Origin: Chrysomallon squamiferum
Lineage: Eukaryota; Animalia; Mollusca
Direction: 5' to 3'
Length of the DNA: 64,000 bases
NCBI GenBank assembly: GCA_012295275.1
Contig: CM022671.1
Location: forward strand, 2,418,001 to 2,482,000
The translations under genes and the position numbers were made by a program. Below, in pieces: positions 13,901 to 27,469 of the stretch (position 1 is its first letter; each line of letters begins with the position of its first letter). The notes beneath the pieces were generated by a model. It searched no databases and was not told the origin of the DNA. It was given only the letters and a program-made list of their open reading frames with translations.

Positions 13901-16900
13901 AGAGGTTGAGGTTCTTCCCTGCCAAACATCTGATTTATTTCCAGTTCATTAGTGCTTGTTCACACTTAAAATGTCTATAAATTTCCAGAAATTTAGTTGG
14001 TAGTCACCAATGTTAGTCTGCACCAAATTCTTTTCCAACCTCTGGTGCTTGTTCCACATACATTGTAAAGTGGATTATGTCTGCAACCAGCTTTGCCATA
14101 CTGGCAATAGATGAAGTTGTTGTCAAAGTAATCCAGTATTTGTAATACAGAATCATCACCATCAGCTTCTGATAGTGCTTCAACAATTGCCATGAATTCG
14201 TCCACTGGAACAAATGCAATTGCAGTTATCTGATAGATCAATAAAGCAAGCTTTTCATCAGTATTGTTACAAACTGCCAAACTAATGAGTTGAATTTGGA
14301 GCCAGATGCATTGGCTCAAATGAAAGAAGCAGCCAGTCAGAGTACAGTTTAGCTGTACAGACGTGTTGCCTTCTTCCTTCACACTCATAAGAAATCATTC
14401 CACAACTGAGTTCCTTCTGTCGAAGGCAAGTTTTGGATGACCACACTCCGAGTCAGTGAACTTCATTTTATAGAATGTAATATTTTTGCTACAAGGCATA
14501 ACATAATATACTGTTTCATTCATCTCAATTATAGATCACTTGCCAAATCAAAGGAAGGTTTAGCTTTGATTAATTTATTGGAATTAATAAGCCAAATTCC
14601 TTTAATCAAATTTAATGTAACATGCTTTGACTAATTTACTGGAATGTTTGTTTGAAAATCATTCTGAATTGGGGGGCAATTGTCCTAGGGGGAAGTTGTC
14701 TAGGGGGCAGTTGTCCAGATACCATTCAAAGAGAATGTACTATTTCTGTGTTTCCATAACTGTAGTTTAAGATATTCACAGAATGGAGAAAGAACGTTCA
14801 TTTGATCAGACACTGTCTGCAAGGATTTTGGTAAATGAAATAAACATTTTCACAAGCACATTTATATTTATTTATATATGCATGCAAACATAAAATATTT
14901 ATTACACCTACAGTATCCTGATTTTCATCTAGTGTATTTGTGTGTGTATGTGTGCATGTGTATTTATAAATATATCTGAGTGCCACCTGGAAGAGTATTT
15001 TGAATATGTAATTTAATTGTTTAATCAAGTAAAATAAAATATTGTTTTATTGATAATGAAAAAGTTAGCTTTAAGGGAAATGTTTTATATTGTTATTCTG
15101 TTCATTCATCTTAATTATAGATGACTATGCCAGATAGAATAAGTTTAAAAATACATTTTCTTTGTTTCTAGGTAATCAAAGGTTCTGAAGACAATCCTGC
15201 TCAGTATATGAACTTTATGAATGTTGTTTTTACAGCACAGAAACAGGCAAGTTTTAGTTTGTTAATCAGTAGTTCAGCAACTTGAACACAGGTCTGAAAT
15301 ATAATACTTTTTCCCATTCCAAACTAATGTAGTGGCAAAGTGCATGTAAACTATCACTTGTACAAAACATATTTTTATTAAATAATTTGAATGTGACTTT
15401 GGAAATATAACTCAAGATGTTTTTTTGGTTATTTTCCCCTGATACTGTTTGTGGAGATTTATAGCTCAATATACAACTTGTAGGCCAGAGGGATAATGGT
15501 TCATCTAAGGAATCTTCTTTAGCCTAATTCAGAAGTAAATGTATTTTAAGAATTTAAATGATTTTTTAATTACTATTTATTTTTCTGTTTCAGAATGTTT
15601 TTGTTGATGCTTGTGTTCTCGATAATGAATCAGGATTGCTTCAGCAGGTCTGTTACAATTATCCATTTATTTCTAAAAATATATTTTTTAATAACCTTTC
15701 TTTCCTCAGTTCCTGATTTAAAAAATAATAGTAATAAATAAATTGTTTTCATAATTGTTTATAAAACAAAAATCTAACAAAACTCGCAGTTTAAATTTCA
15801 GAATTATATGTGGTAAACTTTGTTATCTCGTTAATAGTGCACATAAATACATTAAAAAAACCACAATAGAGAATACAGAACAAAAAATGTAATTTTTATT
15901 TATTTTTGACGATTTATTTTACAAGGCTTGTGACATAACAGGAGGTATATATTTAGAGATTCCACAAATGGCAGGACTTCTTCAGTACCTCTTGGTAAGT
16001 TCTGTAGGAGGTGATAATTTTTCTTTGCAACTGTTTTTGTGTTTTTGTTGTTCCATGTATATAAAGTGTAATTGTTCTTAATAACTAAATATTAATAATA
16101 TTTTACTGTCTTTTGTATTGAATGTCTTGAATATGCAAAAACTCGTGTTTGACATCAAATATTATTAATTATTAATAGTTAAAAGTTTAGGTGTTGTTAC
16201 TCTTGTTTATTTTTCAGTGGATTTTCCTGCCTGATCCCAATATCCGTTCCAAACTGACTTTGCCTCCAAAAGCTCAGGTGGATTACCGAGCAGCTTGTTT
16301 CTGTCATCGAAATCTTATAGACATTGGTTATGTATGTTCTGTATGTTTATCTAGTAAGTGTTCTTCTTTTTATGCATTTAATACAAAGAATGTTTTTTGT
16401 TGTTGTGGTTTTCTTCATATTAATTTTTACAGTTATTTATTATTTTTACTGTAAAAAAAAGAAAAGATCTAAATTTCAAATTTACAGAAATATGTTATTG
16501 CCAACTATATTTAATTCTGATTATTAGGAAAAATGTTAGTTTTCTAAGTGAAAATTGGAAGATCAAATCATAATGATAATGTATTCAGAACAAAAAGTAT
16601 ATTTAACTAACTGGTTTCCAGTCTAGAAATGATATTCAGTAAGCTGATGGGTATAAAAATGAAAACTATAATTTTTCTGAATAGAGACTGTTACTATTTG
16701 TATCATTGTTACTATAATTAAATTATTATTTTTTGACTGCCTGTATTAAATTAACTGTTAATTAGATATTAATAAAATTGTTTTCCATTTACAGTATTCT
16801 GTACATTTAGTCCCATTTGTTCAACATGTCAGTAAGTATTTTTCTTCTGAAACATTGAAATAACTCTCTCTTTACTTCTCTGATACTTGCAAAAACAGAC

Positions 16901-17397
16901 AGCATACTTACTTATTGGCTACATTTGTAATGGAGTTAGCTAACTGCTAACTGCTAACTGCAAACTGTGTTACAGAAACTAGTCTTGTCATTACTGAACG
17001 GTAATTCAAATTTCTTTCCAGTCTACTTATTTTTACTTTGAAAGTCTCTAATTTACACAATTTGATGTTGGAAAGATTTAAATAACGTAAAATAGGTCAG
17101 AATACTTTTAGAAACATGAAGGAAGTTCAGTAGATTCTGTTACTTTAAAGTTATTGTTTCAGCTGAGTACAGTTGCCATTTGGTTATTTTATGTTTAATG
17201 CTTATATGATTGGTTATTATTTTTATTCATATTTGAAATGATAATAAAAAGTATTGATGTAAGTAGCATAAAATTAGTATTCACTCTTAATTTCGATTCT
17301 AACATTAATATTTATCTTGATTTATTTCAGGACTACTTTCAAACTTTTGGGTCCACCAAAGCTGGGAAAGAAGAAATTGAAGAAGACAGCAACATGA
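10965..17397 (+). CDS. GTF2H3: general transcription factor IIH subunit 3 (p34/Tfb4), ~300 aa
   Basis: Twelve exons in frame: 10965-10971, 11380-11465, 11760-11866, 12482-12624, 13205-13267, 14772-14830, 15172-15246, 15594-15647, 15926-15994, 16218-16353, 16795-16831, 17331-17397. Motifs: [88 protein letters not shown] zinc finger. The 7-nt first exon is the least certain. Confidence 0.96.
12952..13166 (+). repeat. diverged ~215 bp copy of the EIF2B1 intron4/exon4 junction (source 8473-8692)
   Basis: Co-linear shared blocks in the same + orientation: ttttccattaaataaattcatggacacta, aggcctgaatataatttat, tacaagcaagggggaga, tactgctcc.tctgtaataaat, atgagctaatct.gcaat. Confidence 0.85.
13268..14771 (+). 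other. U12-type (minor spliceosome) GT-AG intron in GTF2H3
   Basis: 5' site GTATCCTTT at 13268, branch site TTCCATAAC at 14752-14760, AG at 14770-14771 with no polypyrimidine tract. Splicing restores ALC-YIHR. Confidence 0.9.
13508..14730 (-). mobile_element. decayed Mutator-like (MULE) DNA transposon
   Basis: ORF 14388-13993 carries the MULE transposase motif [11 protein letters not shown]...AIAFVP...ILDYF. Imperfect TIRs built of GGACAA(C/T)TGCCCC repeats at ~13508-13553 and ~14671-14730. No clear TSD. Confidence 0.8.
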
Positions 17398-18429
17398 AGA
17401 TGTTCAAAATAAATGTCATCACAATAAATAATATTAATTTACTGATTTTGATGTTGGGGTGTGTGTGCGTGTGTGTTTTTTGTTTTAAATACATAGCTCA
17501 CATGTATGAAAAGGTGGATGGATATCTGGAAAAAAAATGTTGACACACATTTATAAAAATATTATTAAGAAAGTTAAAAGTTTCTTAAGTATGACAGTTG
17601 TAAAATATGGATGTCACCATTTGATAAATCAGTTTCATTAGAAAATAGCCTAATGGGTTTATTCTAACTATGATTTTTATCATTATTATTATTAGTACTA
17701 CTACTACTACTATTATTATTATTTTATTATTATTATACATTATGTTTATACATCATGTTTTTATTTCAAAATGTTAGTAAATGTGCTAAATAAATTTGTT
17801 GACACATTTTATCTGTACATTAATGTGTTAACATCAATAAAACCAAATAAAATAATATTTAACAGAACTGTAACTTCCAGCCAACATTTCATAAAATAAG
17901 AGGAATATAACAGCCTCATGTGAAAATGAGGATATTTATTTGTTGTGGCAGAAGAGAAACAAACAGAACATACTTATGTTTAGTGTTTCTGTTATGTACC
18001 GGGGGGGGAGGAATAATTAGTTGAAAGTCTGCAGACTACATTAACTGAATAAATTACTAGACAGGAAGAAAAAAAAAAAAACTCCTGAAATTAATAAACG
18101 TTAGAATAAAATATATATATATTGATAAATTCGTGAACTAATCAATCGTCGAAAAATAAAAATTATGTTTTTTTTACGGTATAAGGGAGAGAACTCTAAA
18201 AAGATATTTATACCGTTTCTGTTTCCGTTGCCCATCTGAAAAGCAAAAATATTGGAAGTAGTTAAGTCATATGGCTAAATGGTAGAATTAATTTTTGAAT
18301 GTGTATAACAAATATATAGAATATCTGAATTGTTATAAATCTAATTATTTTAAAATATAACGAAAAATCAATTACCAACAGTTTCAGATTTCAGATATTC
18401 CTAGAATTATTTAGTTTATTTATTTATAA

Positions 18430-18655
18430 CTGGTGACATATTAAAATACAATCATATTTTAATAACATATTACAAAAAAAAAAAAAAAATATTTCGCATA
18501 TTAGATTTTTCGATCATGTGTTAAAAAAAAAAAAATCATGGTCAAAGGGGAACAACTCTATTTTGTGTCAGAACAAAAATTATAGAAAGATTGAGTCTCC
18601 GTAAAATGCATTCGGTCACCTGTTACAAGTAAATCAATAAATAATGGTAATAGTA

Positions 18656-18686
<31 letters not shown>

Positions 18687-19085
18687 TGACAGTGGCAATA
18701 ACAATAACATTTGCAGCAGTATTTGGAAGTGCGTTATGATAATACTGTATTAGTAAATGTATTTAAATAATAATAATTATAATAATAATCCTAATCTTTG
18801 ATAATTTGTAATAACTAACGAAACAAATAAAATAAAATATATTAAAATATAATCATATTTTCATAACATATTACGAAAAAAGAAAAGTTTTTTTTTTTTA
18901 AATTTTTTTTTTTTATTTATATAAAAAAGAAAAGATTATTTCGCATATTAAATTTTTCGATCATATTTGTTAAGAAAACAAATCATGGTCTAAGGGGAAC
19001 AACTCTATTTAGTGTCGGAACAAAGATCGAGTCTCCGTAAAATGCATTCGGTCACCTGTTATAAGTAAATCAATAAATAATGGTA

Positions 19086-19128
<43 letters not shown>

Positions 19129-19463
19129 AAATAAAATTTGCAGCTGTATTTCGAAGTGTGTAATGACAATATTGTATTAGTAAATGTATTTAAATAATAA
19201 TTTTAATCATAGATAATTTGTGATAACTAAGGAAACAAAGAAAATAAGACATATCAAAAAATACAATCATATTTTAATAACATATTACAAAAAAAAAAAA
19301 AACATTATTTCGCATATTAGATTTTTCGATCATATTTGTTAAAAAAAAAAAATAAAAAATAAATATCATTGTCTAAGGGGAACAACTCTATTTTGTGTCA
19401 GAACAAAAATCATAGAAAGATTGAGTCTCCGTAAAAGGCATTCGGTCACTTGTTATAAGTAAG

Positions 19464-19506
<43 letters not shown>

Positions 19507-19807
19507 TGAAATGATGATGAAAATAAAAATTGCAGCAGTATTTCGAAGTGTGTTATGATAATATTGTATTAGTAAATGTATTTAAATAATAATCTTAATC
19601 ATAGATAATTTGTGATAACTAAGGAAACAAATAAAATAAGACATATTAAAATACAATCATATTTTAATAACATATTACAAAGATAAAAAAAAAAAAAAAA
19701 AATTATTTCACATATTAGACATATGTTAAAAAAAAAAATCATGGTCTAAGGGGAACAACTCTGTTTTGTGTGGAACAAAAAACGTAAAAATTCGGTCACG
19801 AGTTATA

Positions 19808-19861
<54 letters not shown>

Positions 19862-19948
19862 TATTAATTATTATTATTATTTAAATACATTTACTAATAC
19901 AATATTATCATAACACACTTCGAAATGCTGCTGCAAATTTTATTGTCA

Positions 19949-19979
<31 letters not shown>

Positions 19980-20312
19980 CTTTACTTTACTTTACTTATA
20001 ACTGGTGATCGAATGCATTTTACGGAGACTCAATCTTTCTATGATTATTGTTGGGACACAAAATAGAGTTGTTCCCCTTAGACCATGATTTGTTTTTCTT
20101 AAGAACTATGATCGAAAAACCTAATATTCGAAATAATCTCTGTTTTTGGTAATATGTTATTAAAATATGATTATATTTTAATATATTTTATTTTCTTTGT
20201 TTCGTTAGTTATCACAAATTATCAAAGATTAGGATTATTATTATTATTTAAATACATTTACTTATACAGTATTATCATAACGCACTTCGAAATACTGCAG
20301 CAATTTTTATTG

Positions 20313-20385
<73 letters not shown>

Positions 20386-20665
20386 TAAATGGTGACCGAA
20401 TGCATTTTACGTAGACTCAATCTTTTTATGATTTTTGTTCTGACACAAAATAGAGTTGTTCCCCTTAGACCATAATTTTTTAACATATGATGGAAGTTTA
20501 ATATGTGAAATAATTGTTTTTTATTTTTGTAATATGTTATTAAAATATGATTGTATTTTAAATGTCTTATTTTCTTTGTTTCCTTAGTTATCACAAATTA
20601 TCTATGATTAAGATTATTATTTAAATACATTTACTAATACAATATTGTCATAACACTTCAAAATA
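18430..20665. repeat. ~380-450 bp satellite-like tandem array that switches orientation (fold-back)
   Basis: Core catggtctaaggggaacaactct is forward at ~18537, 18984, 19367, 19740 and reverse-complemented at ~20065, 20452 (degenerate copy at ~21598). Units contain (AAT)n tracts; the switch sits at the (AAT)n/(ATT)n junction ~19826. Confidence 0.9.
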
Positions 20666-20744
20666 CTTCTTTAATTTTCCGTAAGTGGAGCGGTGATTCA
20701 TGTAAATTAGAATCACTTTTTGCCTCTGCACTAATTAAATTAAC

Positions 20745-20816
<72 letters not shown>

Positions 20817-20869
20817 TTGATTTACTGATTTATTTATTTATCAGATAAATGTAACAGCTTAAAGTAAAT

Positions 20870-21350
20870 GTAGTTATTGTGGTGAAAGAGAAAAAACTTA
20901 AACAGGACATAGTCATATTTACTGTTTCTGTTTGGTACGCGGGAAAATAATTACTTGAAAACTGTTCCCATCTAAATTATTAAATAGAAAGGAAAAAAAT
21001 AAAACCTTTATCAAAATTAATATTTTCCCACGATTTGTAGAGGAGGGAGGGTATTTTATCATATTTTTGTTCTGCAATAAAATTATTTCAGTATACACAA
21101 ATTCCATAAACTGGTGAATGAATTAATTGTCAAAAATAATAAGAAAATATTTTTAATAGTGTGAGGGAAACAATTTTAAAATGATATTCATACCTTCTGT
21201 GTTTTCTTTGCCCATCTGAAAAGCTTTGAAATAATTAAAACATCTGGCTAAATAAGGTCTAGTATATAGAGTCTACAAAAAAGTAGTAATAAATAAATAA
21301 ATAAATAAATGTAGTGTATTTGAACTGTTATAAATATAATTATTTTATAA
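20870..21350 (+). repeat. diverged direct copy of ~17930-18360
   Basis: Shared blocks such as ttgtgg..aagagaaa, tgtttctgtt.ggtac, aataatta.ttgaaa, ttgcccatctgaaaagc and tggctaaat occur in both places in the same order. Confidence 0.7.
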
Positions 21351-22042
21351 TGCAGTACAGAGAAAAAAAAATATATAATAATTATAATGATGTTAGACAA
21401 AAACTTTAAAAATGCATTCTGTTAATGATAAACATAGTAAAATATCAAAAAACAATGGAAAAATTAATAACTAATATTTTTTAAGATTTCAGATATGGTT
21501 AATACTGTTTTTTTTCTTCTTTTTAAAAAAAAAAAAAAAAAAAAAATGCAATCTATGGGGAATCAGTCTTTTGGGGATTAGGGTGCTAACACTAAATAGA
21601 GTTGTTCCCCTTAGACCGTTGATGGTGGTGACAATTTTGTTTTGTTGTTTTGGGGGTTTTTTGTACATTTTATTATTGTTTTTTAGTATTATTTTTTTTT
21701 TTATGGTGCAACTTGGCGTCATAACATATTAAATTAAAACGCAATAATTTCCTGAGACTGCAATATATTTAAGAATATTTAAGAACTGGATACACAATAG
21801 TAAACGTTGACAATCAAAAACATATATAAAGGTTTATTTATTTATATGGAAATGAGATAATGTGCTCCAATCAATCAGGTGCGTTAGGCAGTGGAATAAT
21901 GGTTTGTTTTCTTCTTAAAATGTGTGACTATATTATATTCTTTAGTTTTTTTAATTTTTAATTTTTATTTTTTTTTTTAATTATTATTATTTTTGTTTAA
22001 TTATTTCTTTCCTTAGTTATCACAAATTATCTATTATTATCA

Positions 22043-22081
<39 letters not shown>

Positions 22082-22250
22082 TAAAATTTTTTGATAATAC
22101 TCTATTATTTAAATACACTTCCAAAAGAATAATACCTCAGCAGTTGTCAATACTCTATAAATTACAACTTTTTTTTTTTTCTAATAACACCTTTATAAAA
22201 TTAAGTTTTATTTATTTACTTTATTTATTTGTTTCTTTATTGATCTATTA

Positions 22251-22325
<75 letters not shown>

Positions 22326-25202
22326 CCATTTTATTAATATTAGGATTTTATATTTATCTGTCGATCCATGTATGCATCTATCTTTATATATAAAATTTAT
22401 AATTCCATCAAAACAATTTTCTTTTTTTAATTATTACTTTCATTTAAAAATAACTTAATTTTCATTTCTTAATAATTTTACAATATACAGAAGATTTATT
22501 ATCTTCTTTTCGTAAACTGAATTTCAGATACTTTACATTTTCATGATCCTAATAACATATGTATATAATCCTAGTTTTTCCTAAGTTATTCAAACCTTGT
22601 TGAAATTTCATATGATAAAAATTTTATTTCAAATTTTATTTCAAATTTTATTTTTATTTTATGAAATTTCTGAAAACTGAATAAACAGGTTGTATTTTGA
22701 TTTGTATTCAGATATCACTGACATTTACATTATAATATACACAGACACTGGTAACAATATAAAACATATAACAGTTAAATCAATATTAAACAGGTTGTTT
22801 TCATGTGTTCACTATTCAGTTATGTTTCATAACTGATGCAATCAGAAAAAAAAATAATAATAATAAAAAAAAAAATTATATTTTACTTCTAAAACACTCA
22901 CACAGACCACATTTCTGTATCACATGCATAAAATATTTAATTCAAATTCATATTTATACTTATTATTTTATTTACTGCACTGAATTTTACAGCTAAAATC
23001 ATTAATAACTAAATGGGATTATATAATTCTGTATTTTGTTCTAATTCTATTGCACACATAAAAGAAATGTTTCATTTCCCACACTTTATATTTCTATGAA
23101 GGTTATAATAGCTGCCATTGTTCATTTAAAAAAAAGAAAAAAAAAAGGATTTAAAATATATAAGAATTTTATTATGTACATGCTCTGCTAAAAACAATTA
23201 GCCTAAAATTGTTTTAAAATGTTTTGCACACTTCAAGATGTTTGTTTTATTTATAAAATCAAAATCATTGTTATTTGTGAAGTGTGACAGTAAGGTTACA
23301 AGTACTGGGAATGTTGCACAGAGGCTGCCATTTTCCCTCTTCCACAATGTCACAACACACAAGAAAAATGTAAACTACTGGTCCACTGAAAACCAGTGAC
23401 AAAAGCAGGCAAACAAAATCACTTTTTATCACTTGTGTATGAAATCATGTTAAAAAATTGTGTACATGGCAGCTTCCATGTGTCATTTTGCTGATATACT
23501 TTATTAGTAGCAAAGATTGATGCCAAAATTAAACAAATCAGTGTGCATATAAACAGTTTAGTTTTCTGTGTCTAGCCTGACAGGTACACTTGTATAATGA
23601 AAACCAAAATACAATTATGTGTTTTTTTTTTTCTATTTAAAAGTTATTTATATAACAAAAATAAAATAAACTCAACAAAAAAAAACATATCACATTCTTA
23701 TTAAATGTCTTTTAAGCCAAGAAAAAGCAAATTTTAATAAAACAGTTTGTACAGTTCATCTACTGAGAGAGAGGAAAATAATTTATACAATTCAATAACA
23801 GTATTAAAATTCATAGTTTAATTTTGATGTCAATTACTTATATGTTAAAAATACATCTGTAAAATTGTGTTTATCAAGAAGTAATTTTAATATCTATGAT
23901 GAAAGATTATTATTTGTATTGTCTAAGTTATACTTTAAAAGAAATACTGAGGCCAAAGATGAAAAACAAATTTATATTCAGTCCAGCAATATCTAAACAT
24001 CTTAAGATGTATAAATAATTGTTAATTCCTGAACTGAACGCACAAATCTCAAAATAAAAAGGGTATGTTTCTGGAAATACTTTGTCTGAAGCCAGGTAAG
24101 AATCTGTTTCAATGAGAATAATCTGACAAATGGTTATTGCACTAACTGTAAATAACAACACATTACCTGTTAACACTTGTAACAAATTTTAAAATAATAC
24201 AAAATCTGGCAATCTTTCTGTGATTATGTAAACTGAAATAATACTGATATGGTTATTTCACTTACAACCTTACGTGTTAAATGGTTTGAAGAAATAGCCT
24301 AATTTATGCAGTGAATGAACGCATGCACATGCCTATGTATGTGCATAAAGGTTAATCTTTAGTATGAACAGGCTAAATAAAATCAGTAAGTGTTTGTTTT
24401 GTCATCTGCCAATAACCAAGAATGACAATAAAATAACAAACAGACAAAGACTAATATAGACAAAACAATCACTTGCAAGAATTGAAAATATATTTAAATA
24501 TTATTTGAAAGTAATTGTATAATACATAGAACTGTTTTAACAGCTAAAAATGGTCACAGAGATAATTAAAATATATTTAGATTATTTGTTCAAACCAGCA
24601 TATCTGCTTTAATGTAACAGTCATTTAGAAATGTGTAATGTCTGTTTATGTTGTATTTCATGTCACTACAGGTACACAAAACTGACAACAACAAAACATC
24701 TGAACAGAACATATGTAGACAGTTTGTTCATTCTGTTACAGTCTGTAGTGGATTTAACTCTACTGGATTATTCTAAAATGTGAATCAGCCACTAACACCT
24801 TTTTTTTTTTCAGAAACATTTTTCAGTGAGTTTTCATAACTGTGCAGTTTTACTGAAAATAATATTAATAAAAATAAACTTGATTAAATTAGTTTTTAAA
24901 ATTTAACAAATTAATCAGCTGCTATATGCAATAAAACTGTCATTTACTAAAATGTAAGAAACTATATAATAAAACTATCCTTTATCATAGTTTATGCAAC
25001 ATTTTTAATATTAAAATATTTAGAACAATGAAGCCTTTGTATTCATCCTAAGAAAATGCATTCTATGAGTGAACAGGTGACCCATTCTGTAAGAGGCAAA
25101 TCCACTGCAGATACAGCATAATCACAAACATTTATTTGTACATAATTTATTATTTCTGGCACTTTTAGTTTCACATATTCTGCAGTTCATGAGATTCTCT
25201 CT

Positions 25203-26476
25203 TTAGCTATGTTTCTTTTTGCTGTGAACCATCATTTGTTTGTACCGTACAATTGTGCAGACTAGTAACATGAAATTTATGATGTACGTTGTCACACAAA
25301 CAACACACATGTCCTCTAGGACAAAGTACAGAATACAGCTGAGGTAAACTGAACCAGCGTTTGAAATAACTGCAGTGAACAGTTGTAACTGAACACTCAC
25401 TGATGACGGTATTAACACTGAAAAATAATTATAAATCAAATTTAAAATAACAGCATAATAAAGAACAAGAAAAAAAAACCATGAAATGATTATACTGTTA
25501 ACTTTAAAAAAAGAAAATCAGTATTAGCAACACAAAAAAAACAAAAATATGTGTATATGTGTCTTTGACTGCATCTATCTGTGTCTATATCTGTCTATCT
25601 ACATATACTTGTATATTGTTCTTAAAACAAATGAAGTTTTATTATAATGGTAATATGACCTATTTAATGTTTGCATGAGAAGCAGAACAACAAATATTCA
25701 GTAAAGCCTGAGACTTTAAGCTACAAGACTGTCTGTAAATACTTACCAAGAACAGCTTGAAGAAAATAGAATACGATTCCAAAGATGCTATTTGGTTGAT
25801 TAAATACACTATCTTTTGGTAAAAATCTGTCAACAAGTCCAAAGCCTCTTCCGTATCTACAAAATAAAAGTTAGATCTGTTTAATAAAATAATACATACA
25901 TATACAAAATGAAATCTTTTGATTTTAACATTAAAAATCTGTGGTTTTTCGTGTTTGATCAGAATTGACATATCTCGGTCCTGATTTTTGACATAGTCTT
26001 AACAATTTTGATGCTAGCTATTTCATTTTATAATATAAAAATAGTTAAAATAATAAATGACTGAGTGTGCAAAATGTTTTGGTTTTTTTCATTAATCTTT
26101 AGTGTTAATAGTTTCTTTTCTGTAACTGAGGGAACACTAAACAGAATTATTCTTAAACCACCATTTTCTACTTATTTGTCATTTTCATGAATTAAACTGT
26201 TTACCAGTGTGAATCACCTTAGTGATGGTAAAGACATCAGAAATATTAAGTTTTCTCAGTAATGTAATAACAGATCATAATGGGAAACAAGTGTTTCTGT
26301 TCCCTCTTATGAAATATTGTGGCAGTTGTTCATACACCCCACACAGCTGGTTATGACATGATGTTGTACAGGGTGGATCGTGGGATAATGGCTGAGTGAG
26401 AAAAGTAAGTGTCAAAGAGTGAGTAACACCACACATAGTGACAATAACAACCTTGTGTTGCTTGTTACCAGTTGTG

Positions 26477-26508
<32 letters not shown>

Positions 26509-27155
26509 TTCCACTAAAATCAGGTCGTGTACAGCAAACTGTAAATGAAACAACTCATTTTATTTGTCCAATTACTTCTCAGCTGTCCTAATTAGTACAC
26601 ATGTTATAAAGCAGTACTTGTTGTGCTAAACAGTTAGGGTGGGTAAGAACAGTTTCAGATATATGCAGGAAATAATACCCAGTGGTGTGTATCATTAACT
26701 GGTGTGCAGACAGCTGTCCTGTTACTGTCATCTTGTCAAAAACAACAGTCAGCTCAGACATTTATTTCAACAAAACAGAAAAATGAATAGCACAAAGTTT
26801 TATTTTTGCTGTGAGCAATAAACATTTGTGGTTTCTATTTATCTCTCATCAGCCTGTAAAATGCCAGTTATAGAAATGGAAAATTTATTTTTTCTACCAA
26901 TAAATTTCCATTATGATGAGAGTGTGATGTCCTTTTTTTATATTTATTTTATATGAAGAACCTGGTAAATTAAAGTAATCTTTTAATATTCCATAGATAA
27001 AATCAGAACCTAGATGTCAATGTTAGCGCAGGAAAAACTGCTTATTTGACAAGAGAATGTGGGTTATACTATTATATAACCGCTTACTGAACTGTAAAAA
27101 TAAATAAATAAATAAAAGTCATAGACAAATACTGAGTAAAGTGTCTGCACGATTA

Positions 27156-27218
<63 letters not shown>

Positions 27219-27469
27219 TTTACTACTCAAACAAAACACTTCATTAAAACGGTCCGAATTTATGTTTCGGTTCTATCAGTGTGTCATTACCTCGACGTAA
27301 ACACTTTTGAGCAGCTGATAGTTTCGGACACGTCGCAGAGAGCTCTAAATGATTTGTCTTTCTCTTTTGACATTTCAACGTGTAGTGCGTACGCCGATAT
27401 CGCCACTCCAAACGAACACAACAGAAGTACAGCATTACCCACTTTACTGATCGTTTTCATTTTTGCCAT
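25203..27469 (-). CDS. VKORC1: vitamin K epoxide reductase complex subunit 1-like (~167 aa)
   Basis: Exons 27469-27291, 25856-25747, 25417-25203. Motifs: [38 protein letters not shown], active-site CVVC followed by TTY, and C-terminal KKHS ER-retrieval motif. VKORC1 versus VKORC1L1 orthology cannot be resolved for an invertebrate gene. Confidence 0.95.
27158..27217. repeat. (AAT)n microsatellite
   Basis: Direct read of about 19 AAT units in VKOR intron 1. Confidence 0.95.

Noticed and set aside
18430-20665. Regularly spaced conserved core as a CRISPR-like array
   Set aside because: The DNA between cores is itself repeated (~400-bp units), the context is eukaryotic, and there are no cas genes.
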